From positions 48,298-112,297 of the forward strand of contig CAVPGW010000031.1 of assembly GCA_963704055.1 (NCBI GenBank): DNA of 64,000 nucleotides, given 5' to 3'. Numbering within the stretch: the first letter of the stretch is position 1; each line of letters opens with the position of its first letter. Below, piece after piece: positions 50,082 to 62,420 of this stretch. The notes under the pieces were generated by a model, which saw only the letters and a program-made list of their open reading frames with translations, did not search any database and was not told where the DNA came from. The DNA is from Pirellulaceae bacterium. GTDB taxonomy: Bacteria > Planctomycetota > Planctomycetia > Pirellulales > Pirellulaceae. Made by a program: the position numbers and the translations under genes.

Positions 50082-52295
50082 TCAGTCTACCCAGCCGAGG
50101 ACGTTGCGGATGATCGACCAGCGTGGTTGTGGTGCCCGCTGGGTCTTTCCCAGGACCCAGTGGTCATAGTATTCCGCAGCGGTCCCGTCCTTGGTGCGGA
50201 GCGTGATCCAGTGCTCGAGAAAATCTCGCATTTCTGCATCCTGTTGGCCGATCACGTAGAACAACGGCAACTTGACACGCAGCTCACGCGGGATCACCAC
50301 CTCGAACTCCGGGTAGATCAGCGTGAACGCCGAGCCGCTTTCGGCGCTGATCAATAGCGCGTCAAGGTTTTCGGCCTGGCCGGTGAAGTAATCGCGATTG
50401 TTCTTGATCTCCACTAGCACCGCATCCGGGATTGCACTGCGAAGACGATCGACGAAACCACGACTGAGGTCGACGAAGCCGACGCGCAGAGGGCGGATCG
50501 CTTGGATCGACTGCAGAGTTTTGAAGCTGCGAGCGCGATAGTCGGGGACCACGAGAGCTAAATTGACATCCAGATAGCTGCGTGTGTGTTGCATCACTTC
50601 CGAGCGTTCCAAGGTTCCGACTAATCCGGACATGACCAGATCAAAATGGTCATCGCGGAGTTGCTGGGCAAGCGTCGCGCGATCGAAAGGGACGAACTCC
50701 ACCTTGACGCCAAGATCCCGCGCAAAAGCGTGGACCATGTTGATATCGTAACCCACCAGGTCGTGGTGCCGATTGAAGAAAGCAAACGGCACTTTGTCCT
50801 CGTTGAAGCCAGCCCGAATCGTGCCGCGACGTCGAATCCGTTGCAGCAATGTTTCGCCCGGTTTCAATGGATCGGGATTCGCTGCAGGTTCATTCAAGAC
50901 CACGCTGTCAACCGGACGTTCGATCAGTTGCAGTCGCGTCAGCACTTCGTCTCTGTCTTCGATTGCAACGACCGCATGATCGAGCCAGACGCGGGCGAAT
51001 CCTAGCATCACGGCGGCCACCAGCAGTGCAACGGCCAGATGCTTCAACACCGCTCTCCACCGCAATTGGAGACGGCCGCGGAAACCGTTGGCGGCGATTA
51101 GCGCAAAGGCGGTCAAATGCATCGCACCCAAGGCGTCGCCAATCCGCTCGCCGTAAACGCCGGAAAGCAAGAAGAGCTGAAACATGTCGTGAGGCAGTTG
51201 CATCTGGTCGAGCAAAAACGGAATCGCGACGATCGGGCCGCCAAAGTACGCGAACACGCCGCTGGCAAGAAAACGGGGATACTCCTCCCAGTGCATCGCG
51301 GCGCCGACGAACCAGGCAGCAAACGGGATGAACAACATACTCAGCAGTTTGCCGACATGCGGAAAGGGATAGGCAGTCGCGTAGAGCACGTCGATTGCCG
51401 GCGCATCGTGCACGCTGCCCTCGGCGTCCACCTGCTTGAATAGCCGCTCGGTATTTTGAATCAGCATTGGCAACACGATGATTAGCTTGCCCGTCGCAAA
51501 TGCGGTTAACATCGGCTCTTTCGCCACACGGAAGACTTGCCGGTAGCTCAGCGGCGTAGCCAAAGTCACCATCGACGGCAGCACGATGAAGCCGAGAAAA
51601 ATCGCGCCGGCTGTGTATGTGAGCAAGTACGTTTGCAAACGAACGACTTCACTCAGCGAAACCGTGCCCGCGGTACTGGCAGCGATCGCGAACACACCCA
51701 GCGGAGCAAGCCTGGTGATGAACTGACTGACTTGCAGCAGCACTTTGGCAAGCACATCAAGTTGCGAGATCAATAGCTGTCGATCTCTCAACGAAGCCAG
51801 CGCCAGCCCCGATGCGATACAGAATACAACGATCGCCGGAACTTGATTGCCGGCGAGCGCCTCGAAGACGTTCCCCGGAATGAAATACGAGAGCCAACTC
51901 GTTTCTGCCGGCTGTTCAATCAGGGCAGTACTGAAGAAAGATCCGGAATTCCAGTCGGGAAACGCAACCGGCAAGCAGAAAACGGTCAGCAACGCCGCCG
52001 ACCAGAGGACGAGAAGTGTGAGCCCGCCGATCCAAGCCAATCGTCTCGATTCCGCCAACGTCAGTCGACCGAGATTCGCAATCAGCGACACGGCGATGTA
52101 GGGCAGCACCGTCATCCGCAGCAGTCCCACGAATGCGTCGCCCACAATGCCCAGCGGTGAGCAGTATTCGCCGAAGAACAATCCGCAGCCGATCCCGGCA
52201 ATCAGGCCGAGCAGGATCCAAGTCGAGAGCTCCAGTCGCAACGCAGGTTTGCTTCGTTTTTCCGGAACTTCGTCGACGAGTGCTTCAGATTTCAT
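50082..52295 (-). CDS. Dicarboxylate/amino acid:cation symporter fused to a periplasmic binding domain
   Basis: N-terminal DAACS-like GDAFVGLLRMTVLPYI and RLAPLGVFAIAA; C-terminal SBP family 3 motifs IRRRGTIRAG, PFAFFN and LVGYDI. Confidence 0.88.
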   Translation of the reverse strand: MKSEALVDEVPEKRSKPALRLELSTWILLGLIAGIGCGLFFGEYCSPLGIVGDAFVGLLRMTVLPYIAVSLIANLGRLTLAESRRLAWIGGLTLLVLWSAALLTVFCLPVAFPDWNSGSFFSTALIEQPAETSWLSYFIPGNVFEALAGNQVPAIVVFCIASGLALASLRDRQLLISQLDVLAKVLLQVSQFITRLAPLGVFAIAASTAGTVSLSEVVRLQTYLLTYTAGAIFLGFIVLPSMVTLATPLSYRQVFRVAKEPMLTAFATGKLIIVLPMLIQNTERLFKQVDAEGSVHDAPAIDVLYATAYPFPHVGKLLSMLFIPFAAWFVGAAMHWEEYPRFLASGVFAYFGGPIVAIPFLLDQMQLPHDMFQLFLLSGVYGERIGDALGAMHLTAFALIAANGFRGRLQLRWRAVLKHLAVALLVAAVMLGFARVWLDHAVVAIEDRDEVLTRLQLIERPVDSVVLNEPAANPDPLKPGETLLQRIRRRGTIRAGFNEDKVPFAFFNRHHDLVGYDINMVHAFARDLGVKVEFVPFDRATLAQQLRDDHFDLVMSGLVGTLERSEVMQHTRSYLDVNLALVVPDYRARSFKTLQSIQAIRPLRVGFVDLSRGFVDRLRSAIPDAVLVEIKNNRDYFTGQAENLDALLISAESGSAFTLIYPEFEVVIPRELRVKLPLFYVIGQQDAEMRDFLEHWITLRTKDGTAAEYYDHWVLGKTQRAPQPRWSIIRNVLGWVD

Positions 52296-52363
52296 TGGCC
52301 GGGCGATGGAAAAATTGAATCAGGCGGTTCTTCCGCGAATTGAGTGGTTGATCCGCAATGATT

Positions 52364-52451
52364 GGGTGGCTGGTGGTCGAGCGTCAGCGAGCCCCCAGAC
52401 GCGAGCCAATGGAATTCCGGGGGCTCGCTGACGCTCGACCGCCGGCCACCC
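52364..52451. repeat. Family B long palindromic repeat
   Basis: Arms are essentially identical to those of 19033-19120. Confidence 0.85.
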
Positions 52452-52510
52452 CTTGAATGCAATTTCCCATCTGCCACGGAATCTCCGAAAGGACCAATCA
52501 GGCGGGGCAG

Positions 52511-53638
52511 CTAGTTCCCCGACAACGCTTCGCTTTGGTCGACGAAATCCTCGCCCCTCCATTCGGCGTCGGCGCGGACGATCTTTCCATCTTTTTCCGC
52601 CTTCCTCTTGGCTCTTGCTGCCGCCTGACGCTTCACTAAGTCTGCATGCGTCGTGAAGAACTGGATGCTGTGACCTTTGAACTCGGCAATACTCTGAAAG
52701 CTGTGCTTGTCCATGAAGGCTTCGAGCTGATCGCACATCTCGTGGATACAGCGATAACCAACTTTCATCACGCCGGTGCAAACCTGAACCGTGTCGGCTC
52801 CGAGCAGGATAAACTCGGCCGCGTCTTCGCCCGTTTCGATGCCACCGATGCCGCTAAGCGTCCGACCTGGGAACTCAACGGAAATCAACTTGGCGATTTC
52901 CATGCACATCCGTAGTGCGATTGGCTTCACGGCCTGGCAAGAATAACCGCCTGGCGTCGTGTAACCTTCGACTGTCGGTTCCGGGCGCAGCGTATCGAGA
53001 TTCACGCCGATCACGCTGCGAATCGTGTTGATCGCGCTGATCCCATCGCAACCTGCGGCCAACGCGGCGCGGCTGGGATCTTCGATATGAGTCACATTGG
53101 GCGTCATCTTTGCCCACACGGGAACCTTGGCAACCTGCATCACCCAGTCGCATACTTCGCGGGCGATCTCGGGGTTCTCGCCCATCGCCGAACCCATGCG
53201 TCGCTCGGGCAACCCGTGTGGACAGGAAAGGTTCAACTCGAACGCATCGACGCCAGTGTCTTGACATCGCTGGATGATCTCACACCAGGCATCTTGACTG
53301 AACTCTTCCATCACCGAGGCGATCAGAATTCGATCGGGATAACTGTCCTTGAGCTGTTTGAACTCGTCGATCCAGACATCGAAAGAACGATCGCTGATCA
53401 ATTCAATGTTTTCCCAGCCATAGATTTCGTTGGACGTACGACTGCGCAGACGAGCGTAACGAGGTTGAACGTTGACGACTTGCGTTGCATCCAGGCTGAC
53501 TGTTTTGGCGATCACGGCGCCCCAGCCTTCGTCGAAAGCCTTGCCGATCACGTTGGCGTTGGTGCCGGGAGGACCGGAGCCGATCACAAACGGATTCGGA
53601 AGTGTCAATCCGTTGACCGTGGTTGCCAGCTTGGACAT
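52511..53638 (-). CDS. preA: Dihydropyrimidine dehydrogenase catalytic subunit (PreA / plant PYD1-like)
   Basis: GSGPPGTN, NIELISDR, NLSCPHGLPERRMG, WAKMTPN and VQVCTGVM; no C-terminal Fe-S domain. Confidence 0.9.
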   Translation of the reverse strand: MSKLATTVNGLTLPNPFVIGSGPPGTNANVIGKAFDEGWGAVIAKTVSLDATQVVNVQPRYARLRSRTSNEIYGWENIELISDRSFDVWIDEFKQLKDSYPDRILIASVMEEFSQDAWCEIIQRCQDTGVDAFELNLSCPHGLPERRMGSAMGENPEIAREVCDWVMQVAKVPVWAKMTPNVTHIEDPSRAALAAGCDGISAINTIRSVIGVNLDTLRPEPTVEGYTTPGGYSCQAVKPIALRMCMEIAKLISVEFPGRTLSGIGGIETGEDAAEFILLGADTVQVCTGVMKVGYRCIHEMCDQLEAFMDKHSFQSIAEFKGHSIQFFTTHADLVKRQAAARAKRKAEKDGKIVRADAEWRGEDFVDQSEALSGN

Positions 53639-53691
53639 GTGATATCTCCAGAATTGAATCGTCGCTGCAGGTGCACGTCGAGTTTATCAGT

Positions 53692-55055
53692 TCAGTTCAT
53701 ATCAGTCAGGATCTGGTCCAGACATTCGACCATGAAATTCGCGTCGTCCTTGGTGATGCACATCGGTGGTTTGATTCGCAGCGTGTTTCCGTACAAACCT
53801 CCCTTGCCAAGCAGCAGGCCGCGGACTTTGGCTTGTTCCAGAATCTCTGCGGTTTCCGTATTGGCTGGCTCCTTCGACTTGCGATCACGAACCAATTCGA
53901 CACCCAGCATCAGGCCCAGACCGCGGACGTCGCCGATCAGTTCATGCTTCTCTTGAAGTTCCAGCAGGCCTTCTTTCAGATGACCACCGACGACGCGGGC
54001 GTTCTCTTGGATGCCTTCGGCGTCAATGACTTCTAGCGTCGCCATGCCCTGGATCATGCTGACGGGGTTTCCGCCGAAGGTGTTGAAGTGAATCCGGTTG
54101 GTCAGCACCTTGGAAATGTCCGCCCGAGTCGTCATCGCGCCCAAAGGCACTCCGTTGCCAATTCCTTTGGCCATCACGATGATGTCGGGTTTGACATCCC
54201 AATTCTGATGCGCCCAGTAGTGCGTCCCGGTTCTGCCGAAGCCGCCCTGCACTTCGTCGGCGATACAGATCCCGCCGTGCTGCGCGAACGATGTCGTAGA
54301 TGATCGGGAAGTACTCGGGCGGCGGAGTCACCGAACCGCCCACGCCCTGAATCGGTTCGCCAATGAAGCAGGCGACCTCACCCGGCGTCTCGTACTCGAT
54401 CAGATCTTTCAGATCATGTGCACACTTCACATTGCAGGACGGATACTCGAGTCCCAGCGGGCAGCGGTAGCAGTAACCGGCGTGAGTGTGTTTGACCGAT
54501 GCGTCGGGGTTCGATTTGAACTTCCACGTGCCGTGTGCCGTCAACGACATGGCGGCCGACGTCCCGCCGTGATAGCCGTTGCGGATCGCGATCACATGAC
54601 GCGTTACCGGTATGTTCGCGAGCCGAAAGAATCGCCAATTCGTTGGCCTCGCTACCGGAATTGGTGAAGTAGGTGCGGTCGAGGCCCTCAGGCATCTTTT
54701 CGGCAAGTTTCTGTGCGAACTGACCGATCGCCGGATGCAGGTAGATTGTCGTGGTGTGCTGCAGTCGACCGACCTGGTCTTTGACTTTCGCGACGACGCT
54801 TGGATGACAGTGGCCGACGCTGATGGTCACAATGCCGGCGAATCCGTCCAGGTACCGCTTGCCCGTTTCGTCGAACACATATTGCATGTGTCCTTCGACG
54901 ATCATCATCGGGTCTTTGTAGTACGTGACCAAGCCGGGCGAAACGTATTGCTGACGAAGAGCCAGGACCTCGTCTCGCGATGGACCAGTGTACGGCGCCG
55001 GCGTGTGATCACAGATCGGCAGATCGAGTGCTCGGGGTAATTTCGCAGTCGACAT
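53692..55055 (-). CDS. Class III PLP aminotransferase (AGXT2/PYD4-like); frameshifts near 54600 and 54285
   Basis: [53 protein letters not shown] and NTFGGNP. Confidence 0.88.
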
Positions 55056-55072
55056 GAAAAGTTCCTCGCGAT

Positions 55073-56605
55073 TTAGGTTGAAGCAGAAGCATCTTGCGGC
55101 TCTGCCAGTCCGCGTTCTGCGGGCGTACCGGGAATCAAGTTATCCAAGGTGATACCAATGATGGCGGCCACGGCCATTCCGGTTAAGCCGATTGAACCTA
55201 CGATACCATCGAGCATCTTCGGCAGCATGTTTGTCCATACCTCGGGGCCCGGCTGGTAGAGTGCCGCCGCGGATCCGTCGAACCAGGCGGGGACACTCAA
55301 GCCCATGAACAGACTGAATCCAGCGATGAACAGATTGCGATCGCTCCGCAAGTCAGCTTTGGCCAACTGTTGAATTCCGACCGCGGCGATCAAACCGAAC
55401 AGCGTGCAGTACAATCCGCCCACGACTGGTCCGGGAATGGCTGCCGCAAAGGCACCGAATTTTCCGAAAATACCCAGCCCGATTAGAATCACTGCGCCGA
55501 CTTGAACCACATAACGGCTACCCACTTTTGTCAGCCCCACCAGGCCAATGTTTTCCGAATACGAGGTCGAGCTGAATCCGCCCAGGAGTCCAGTCAAAAA
55601 GCAGCCGACTCCCTCGCAGCCGATTCCGCGGCTGATCTGTCTTTCCGTCGGATCGCCGCCACCGGCCATGTAGGAACAGGCATGGTAGTCACCGAAGGAC
55701 TCGATCATCGAAGCCAGATATCCGGCCAGCACGGCGACAGCGAATCCAATGTTGAACAGTGGCAGACCCCATGGGCAGACAATCTCCGCCGGGTTGGCGC
55801 GGATCGCGGGGCTGGAATGGACAGCCGACAAATCAACGTGCGACGGATGCGCGGCGATCGGATTTCCGCTACTGTCCGTTCCCGCGCCGTGGAAGATTCC
55901 AGCAATCGTCAGCACCCAACACAAGGTCACCATCACGACGATCACCGACAGGATCGGAAACATGCGAAAGAAGTGAAAGCGTCTCGACAGGACCAACGAG
56001 AACAGGATCACCAACAAGATGGTAAGTCCGCCGATCGGCAAATCTGTGCCCGCGTTGGGCGCGCCGTGCTTAAACAGCGCGAGTCCGATCAGCATGATCA
56101 CCGGACCGATCACGACAGGGCTGATCACGCTTCGCAGCCAACCGATCAGGCCGGTGAAGCCCACGAACATCTCGACGATCGCGCCCACGATGATCGCTCC
56201 GGCAATGTATCTCATGGCCAGCGCACCGTCCCCGCCGAGTCCGCCATCGCTGACCGGCGTCATCACTTCGGACGTGATATAGGCAAAGGCTGTCAGAAAG
56301 CTAAACGAAATGCCTTGGATGATCGGAAGCCGCGTTCCCCAAGTCACTTGAATCATGGTTGCCAGGCCACTGCACAGCATCACCGAGGAAATCAACAGCG
56401 CGGTGTTCTGCAACTGCGTCGCCCGCTGAGCTTCCTGTACGACTTGTTCAGCAGCCAGATCGATTGGCCACAGCATCGGTGCGAACATCAGCGGCACGGC
56501 AACGGTCGCGCCGAACATGGTCAGCACGTGTTGGCAAGCAAAAACAACCGCTCGTCCAAATGGAGGCCGATCGTCAAGGCCGTACAGGATCTGGTTGGAA
56601 GTCAT
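55073..56605 (-). CDS. Nucleobase:cation symporter-2 (uracil/xanthine permease)
   Basis: QHVLTMFGATVAVP, ESFGDY and STSYSENIGLVGLTKVGSR. Confidence 0.92.
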   Translation of the reverse strand: MTSNQILYGLDDRPPFGRAVVFACQHVLTMFGATVAVPLMFAPMLWPIDLAAEQVVQEAQRATQLQNTALLISSVMLCSGLATMIQVTWGTRLPIIQGISFSFLTAFAYITSEVMTPVSDGGLGGDGALAMRYIAGAIIVGAIVEMFVGFTGLIGWLRSVISPVVIGPVIMLIGLALFKHGAPNAGTDLPIGGLTILLVILFSLVLSRRFHFFRMFPILSVIVVMVTLCWVLTIAGIFHGAGTDSSGNPIAAHPSHVDLSAVHSSPAIRANPAEIVCPWGLPLFNIGFAVAVLAGYLASMIESFGDYHACSYMAGGGDPTERQISRGIGCEGVGCFLTGLLGGFSSTSYSENIGLVGLTKVGSRYVVQVGAVILIGLGIFGKFGAFAAAIPGPVVGGLYCTLFGLIAAVGIQQLAKADLRSDRNLFIAGFSLFMGLSVPAWFDGSAAALYQPGPEVWTNMLPKMLDGIVGSIGLTGMAVAAIIGITLDNLIPGTPAERGLAEPQDASAST

Positions 56606-56636
56606 GCTTCAGCGTCGATTGCGTGAGATTGTCTTC

Positions 56637-56702
56637 GTTTAACGGCAAGCCGCAGGCGACTGCTCCAGCCCGGACGCAGTCGCCTGCGGCTTGCCGTTAA
56701 AC
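56637..56702. repeat. Family A palindromic core
   Basis: GTTTAACGGCAAGCCGCAGGCGACT...AGTCGCCTGCGGCTTGCCGTTAAAC. Confidence 0.85.
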
Positions 56703-56742
56703 AAGAACGATGGACCGATGGTCAAATGGGAACGGCGTCGGC

Positions 56743-56781
56743 GGTGGGTTTGCATCGCTGTCGCTCTCTACCCACCCTACG
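56743..56781 (-). repeat. GTAG-type REP
   Basis: The minus strand reads CGTAGGGTGGGTAGAGAGCGACAGCGATGCAAACCCACC. Confidence 0.55.
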
Positions 56782-56818
56782 AGCAACTTCCGACCACGAA
56801 GCGTTTGCCGACTTTCCT

Positions 56819-57689
56819 TCAAGGCTCCACAACCGCGCCGTACGTCTCGGGTCGACGATCACGGAAGAACTGCCATACGTTTCGCACTTCTCGAATCAGA
56901 TCGAAATCCATGTCCGCAATCACGATGTCGTCGGAATCTCGCGTCCCCTCGGCCATGATTTGGCCGCGCGGATCACAGAAATAGCTCTGTCCATAGAACT
57001 CGCCGATCTTCCAAGGCTCTTCGACACCGGGCCGATTGATCGCGCCGACAAAATATTGGTTGGCAACCGCGTGCGCCGGCTGTTCCAGCTTCCAAAGATA
57101 TTCGCTTAAGCCGGCAACCGTCGCCGACGGATTGAACACGATCTCGGCACCGTTCAAACCGAGACAACGGGCGCCCTCGGGAAAGTGGCGATCGTAGCAG
57201 ATGTAAACGCCCAACCTTACCGATCCGCGTATCGAATACGGGGTAGCCCAAATTTCCGGGGCGGAAATAGAACTTCTCCCAGAAGCCGGGCGCCGCTTGC
57301 GGAATGTGCATCTTGCGAAACTTGCCCAAATACGATCCGTCCGCGTCAATCACGGCCGCTGCGTTGTAGTAGACCCCCGTGATCTCCTCCTCGTACACCG
57401 GCACGACCATCACGATTTCGTGTTTCTTGGCCAGCTCCTGCATCAACTTGATCGTTGGCCCATCAGGAACTCGCTCGGTCAAGTCGTACCACTTCGCATT
57501 CTGCTCCGCACAAAAGTAAGGACCGTAGAACAGTTCCTGCATGCACAATACTTGCGCGCCTTGATCGGCGGCTTTTTCGATCAAACCGACGTGCTTGTCG
57601 ATCATCGCTTGTTTGATCTTTTCGATCGGCGACGTCGCGGGCTCGCAGAGTGTTGCTTGGATCAGGGCGCCTCGCACCATTCGACTCAT
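56819..57689 (-). CDS. Beta-ureidopropionase (nitrilase family); frameshift near 57215
   Basis: Catalytic E/K/C motifs QELFYGPYFC, FRKMHIP and ICYDRHFPE; also FWEKFYF and WQFFRDRRPETY. Confidence 0.88.
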
Positions 57690-57816
57690 CGTGGTCTCCG
57701 CAGCAGGGTTCACCGAGACAAAGCAGCAATATATACCCAACTGGGCGCCCGGACAGTATGATGCGGGTGAAATTCCTTTCGCCCAACTCCTACGCGCCGC
57801 ATCAGACGGGTTCGCT

Positions 57817-59348
<1,532 letters not shown>

Positions 59349-59352
<4 letters not shown>

Positions 59353-60245
59353 CTTCGCCAGGCCATCGCTTACGCAGTGCAGTTGCCGCCGAGACCCCGT
59401 TGCAAGTGGCGGGAACGACCAACGCACTCTGCGCACTGCTGGCCGAGCGGGCCGGATTTCGCGCGATCTATCTTTCCGGTGCAGGTGTCGCCAATGCGGC
59501 CTTCGGCATCCCCGATCTCGGCATGACGACGATGCAAAACGTCTTGGAAGAGACCCGGCGAATCACCGGCGTCACCGACCTGCCGCTACTGGTCGATGTG
59601 GATACCGGTTGGGTCGACGACAACTTCGGAACGGCCCTGAGTGTCGCTCGCACAACTCGTGCCATGATCGACGCCGGCGCCGCGGGGATGCAGATCGAAG
59701 ACCAGGTCGATTACAAACGCTGTGGGTACCGACCGGGAAAAGTGTTGGTGGAGGCTCGCGAAATGGTCGAGCGGATTCAGGGGGCGGTCGACGCGCGGAT
59801 GGATGCACGTTTTGTGATCATGGCGCGGACCGATGCAGCGGCAGCCGAAGGCGTCGAAGGCGCCATCGAGCGGGCCAGCCGATATATCGAAGCTGGCGCC
59901 GATATGGTGTTCGCCGAGGAGCTTACTGAGCTGGATCAATACCGAACCCTCACGCATGCGGTCCAGGTACCAGTGATGGCGAACCTCACCGAGTTTGGCC
60001 CGGCGCCGCTGTTCACACTCGAGCAGCTTCGCGAAGTGGGTGTCGCTTTGGCGCTGTACCCATTGTCAGCGTTCCGCGCCATGACTGCCGCGGCAGATCG
60101 TGTCTACAAAACGATTCGGCAAACGGGGACACAGCAGGGCGTCGTCGACTTGATGCAGACGCGCGACGAGCTTTACGAAATTCTGGATTACCACGAGCAC
60201 GAACGAAGATTCGACGAACTGTTGGAGAGTGAAAGTCATGAGTAG
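59349..60245 (+). CDS. prpB: 2-methylisocitrate lyase-like protein (ICL/PEPM superfamily) with atypical motifs
   Basis: [41 protein letters not shown] and MQTRDELY. Confidence 0.8.
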
Positions 60246-61368
60246 TCAAGAAACGAAAACGAAGTCCGGCGGATTGGCAGGCGTTGTTGCCGGCACGACT
60301 TCGATCGCCAAGCTCGACTACGACGGATCGGAGCTCCTTTATCGCGGTTACAAAATTGAAGACCTTGCCGACAACGCGCGATTCGAGGAAGTCGCCTGGC
60401 TACTGCTTCACGGTGATCTGCCGTCGCAAGGCGATCTGACCGCCTTCGAAACACGGCTTGCGGCGCAGTGTGAACTGCCCACCGCGCTGAAGACAACGCT
60501 GGAAAGCATTCCTGGGACAGTCAATCCCATGGACGTCCTGCGAACGGGGTGTTCCATGCTCGGATGCCTGGAACCGGAAAGGGGACTTGATCATGGTCAG
60601 GAGGTTGCCGAACGTCTGATGGCTGCCCTCCCTTCGATTTTGCTTTACTGGTATCGCTTCCACCGGGATAGCATTCGCATCGATACAGAATTTAATAGTC
60701 CATCGTTCGCCGCCCATTTCTTGACCATGTTGAAAGACAGCCCACCGGACGAACTTCATGAACAGGCGATGGACGTTTCGCTGACGTTGTACGCTGAACT
60801 TGAATTCAATGCTTCGACCTTTGCAGCTCGTGTCGCTGCGGCAACCCTGACGGACTTCTATTCTGCGATCACCGCTGCCATCGGAACGTTGCGTGGAAAG
60901 CTGCACGGCGGGGCAAACTCGGCAGCGATGAAGTTGATCGAGTCGTTTGATTCAGCCGACGCCGCCGAGGTCGGTATCCTAGCGGCGCTGGCCGCGAGAG
61001 ATTTGATCATGGGTTTCGGTCACCGCGTCTATCGCACATCAGACCCACGATCGGCAATCATTCAAACGTGGTCAAAGAGGCTTTCGGAAGCGGCCGGCGA
61101 CGAGAGGTTGTATGCCGTCTCGGAGCGGATTGAGCAGGTCATGTGGGATCGAAAAAAGCTGTTTCCGAATGTCGATTTTTATAGCGCCTCGACCTACCAT
61201 TTCTTGGGAATCCCAACGGAGCTGTTCACGTCGATCTTTGCTTGCTCGCGGATTGCCGGTTGGTCGGCGCACGTGTTGGAGCAACGAAGCAATAACAAAC
61301 TGATCAGTCCCAACGCCGAATACACGGGCCCCGAGGCAAAGGTGTGGGTTCCGCTCGAAGCCCGATAG
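60238..61368 (+). CDS. prpC: 2-methylcitrate/citrate synthase-like protein with atypical motifs
   Basis: [37 protein letters not shown] and FPNVDFY. Confidence 0.82.
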   Translation: MSSQETKTKSGGLAGVVAGTTSIAKLDYDGSELLYRGYKIEDLADNARFEEVAWLLLHGDLPSQGDLTAFETRLAAQCELPTALKTTLESIPGTVNPMDVLRTGCSMLGCLEPERGLDHGQEVAERLMAALPSILLYWYRFHRDSIRIDTEFNSPSFAAHFLTMLKDSPPDELHEQAMDVSLTLYAELEFNASTFAARVAAATLTDFYSAITAAIGTLRGKLHGGANSAAMKLIESFDSADAAEVGILAALAARDLIMGFGHRVYRTSDPRSAIIQTWSKRLSEAAGDERLYAVSERIEQVMWDRKKLFPNVDFYSASTYHFLGIPTELFTSIFACSRIAGWSAHVLEQRSNNKLISPNAEYTGPEAKVWVPLEAR

Positions 61369-61385
61369 CGTTTTCTTCTTCGTTC

Positions 61386-61440
61386 GTCGTGACCCGATTC
61401 ATCGGGTTTTTGGATGACAACCGCATGAATGCGGTCACTA
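61386..61440. repeat. Family F REP doublet (intact)
   Basis: GTCGTGACCCGATTCATCGGG...ACCGCATGAATGCGGTCACTA. Confidence 0.7.
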
Positions 61441-61517
61441 AGAACCGGGAGTGACGCCGCTCTCGAATGCTGGGTCTGCGTCGCTGACGCTGCTTACTCA
61501 CCCCACCGCTGGCGATC

Positions 61518-62420
61518 TCACTTGGGCATTGGGGCTCGCTGCCGTGCGATCCAAACGCTGCAGTTTGCGTGGCGGAGTATGTAACGAGAAACGCTTCCCA
61601 TGACGAATCGTCCGAAGCTGGAATGCTGTCCGGAGCCGACCACCACCAGGTCGGTCGCATGCGATTCGAGAAAGTCGCCGATCGCTTCCCCGATATGCTC
61701 GGCCTCGATCACATTGGATTTAAACTTCGGCGTGTGATCACGTAGCTCTTGAAGCACTTTCGCGGCGTGCTGCTCGGCTGCTGCTCGCTGCTGGGCTCGA
61801 TGTTCCACGGCGCTGGGCACCAAGTCCTGGCGGTAGAAACGGAAAACCGGTACGACACTCAACAGTTGGCCTTCCTCCCTGGCTCCCCAATCGAACTTCT
61901 TCAATTGGTTCAACGCCACGTCAGAAGGCGGGGTGTCGTCGATCGCCAGCGTGACATTGAGTGTTTCGTCATCACCGTTGCCCTGTGTCGGCCGCACGAC
62001 CAGAACGGAGCAGTCTGCGTTGGAGGCAACGTAGTCACTGACGCTCCCCAGCAGCATGCGGTGAATTGCCGAATGACCTTGGGCGCCGACCACGATCAGA
62101 TCGACTTGTCGCTCTTCGGCGGCTTCCACAATCGAGTGACCGACGTGTCCTTCAGCGACCACCTCGGTGATTGTCCCGTTGAGCCGCCGCAGCAGCCGCT
62201 CGACGTTCCGCATGTTTTCAGCGGCGACATGTTCCTGATGTCCCTTGTATTCCTGTAGCATCGGATTGGTCATCACACCCGATTTTAGTCCAGGCAGGTA
62301 GACGTTGGTCAAAAGCGTAATCTCGATTGGATCATCGCAGCGGAGCCGGCACAGGAATTTCGCCGCTGTTTCGGCATGCGGTGAACCATCGGTAGCGATT
62401 AGAATTTTCATGCTCTCCAT
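61518..62420 (-). CDS. Tandem-domain universal stress protein
   Basis: ILIATDGS, DLIVVGAQGH...LGSVSDYV and a second DLVVVGS...MGSVSRY. Confidence 0.9.
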   Translation of the reverse strand: MESMKILIATDGSPHAETAAKFLCRLRCDDPIEITLLTNVYLPGLKSGVMTNPMLQEYKGHQEHVAAENMRNVERLLRRLNGTITEVVAEGHVGHSIVEAAEERQVDLIVVGAQGHSAIHRMLLGSVSDYVASNADCSVLVVRPTQGNGDDETLNVTLAIDDTPPSDVALNQLKKFDWGAREEGQLLSVVPVFRFYRQDLVPSAVEHRAQQRAAAEQHAAKVLQELRDHTPKFKSNVIEAEHIGEAIGDFLESHATDLVVVGSGQHSSFGRFVMGSVSRYILRHANCSVWIARQRAPMPK

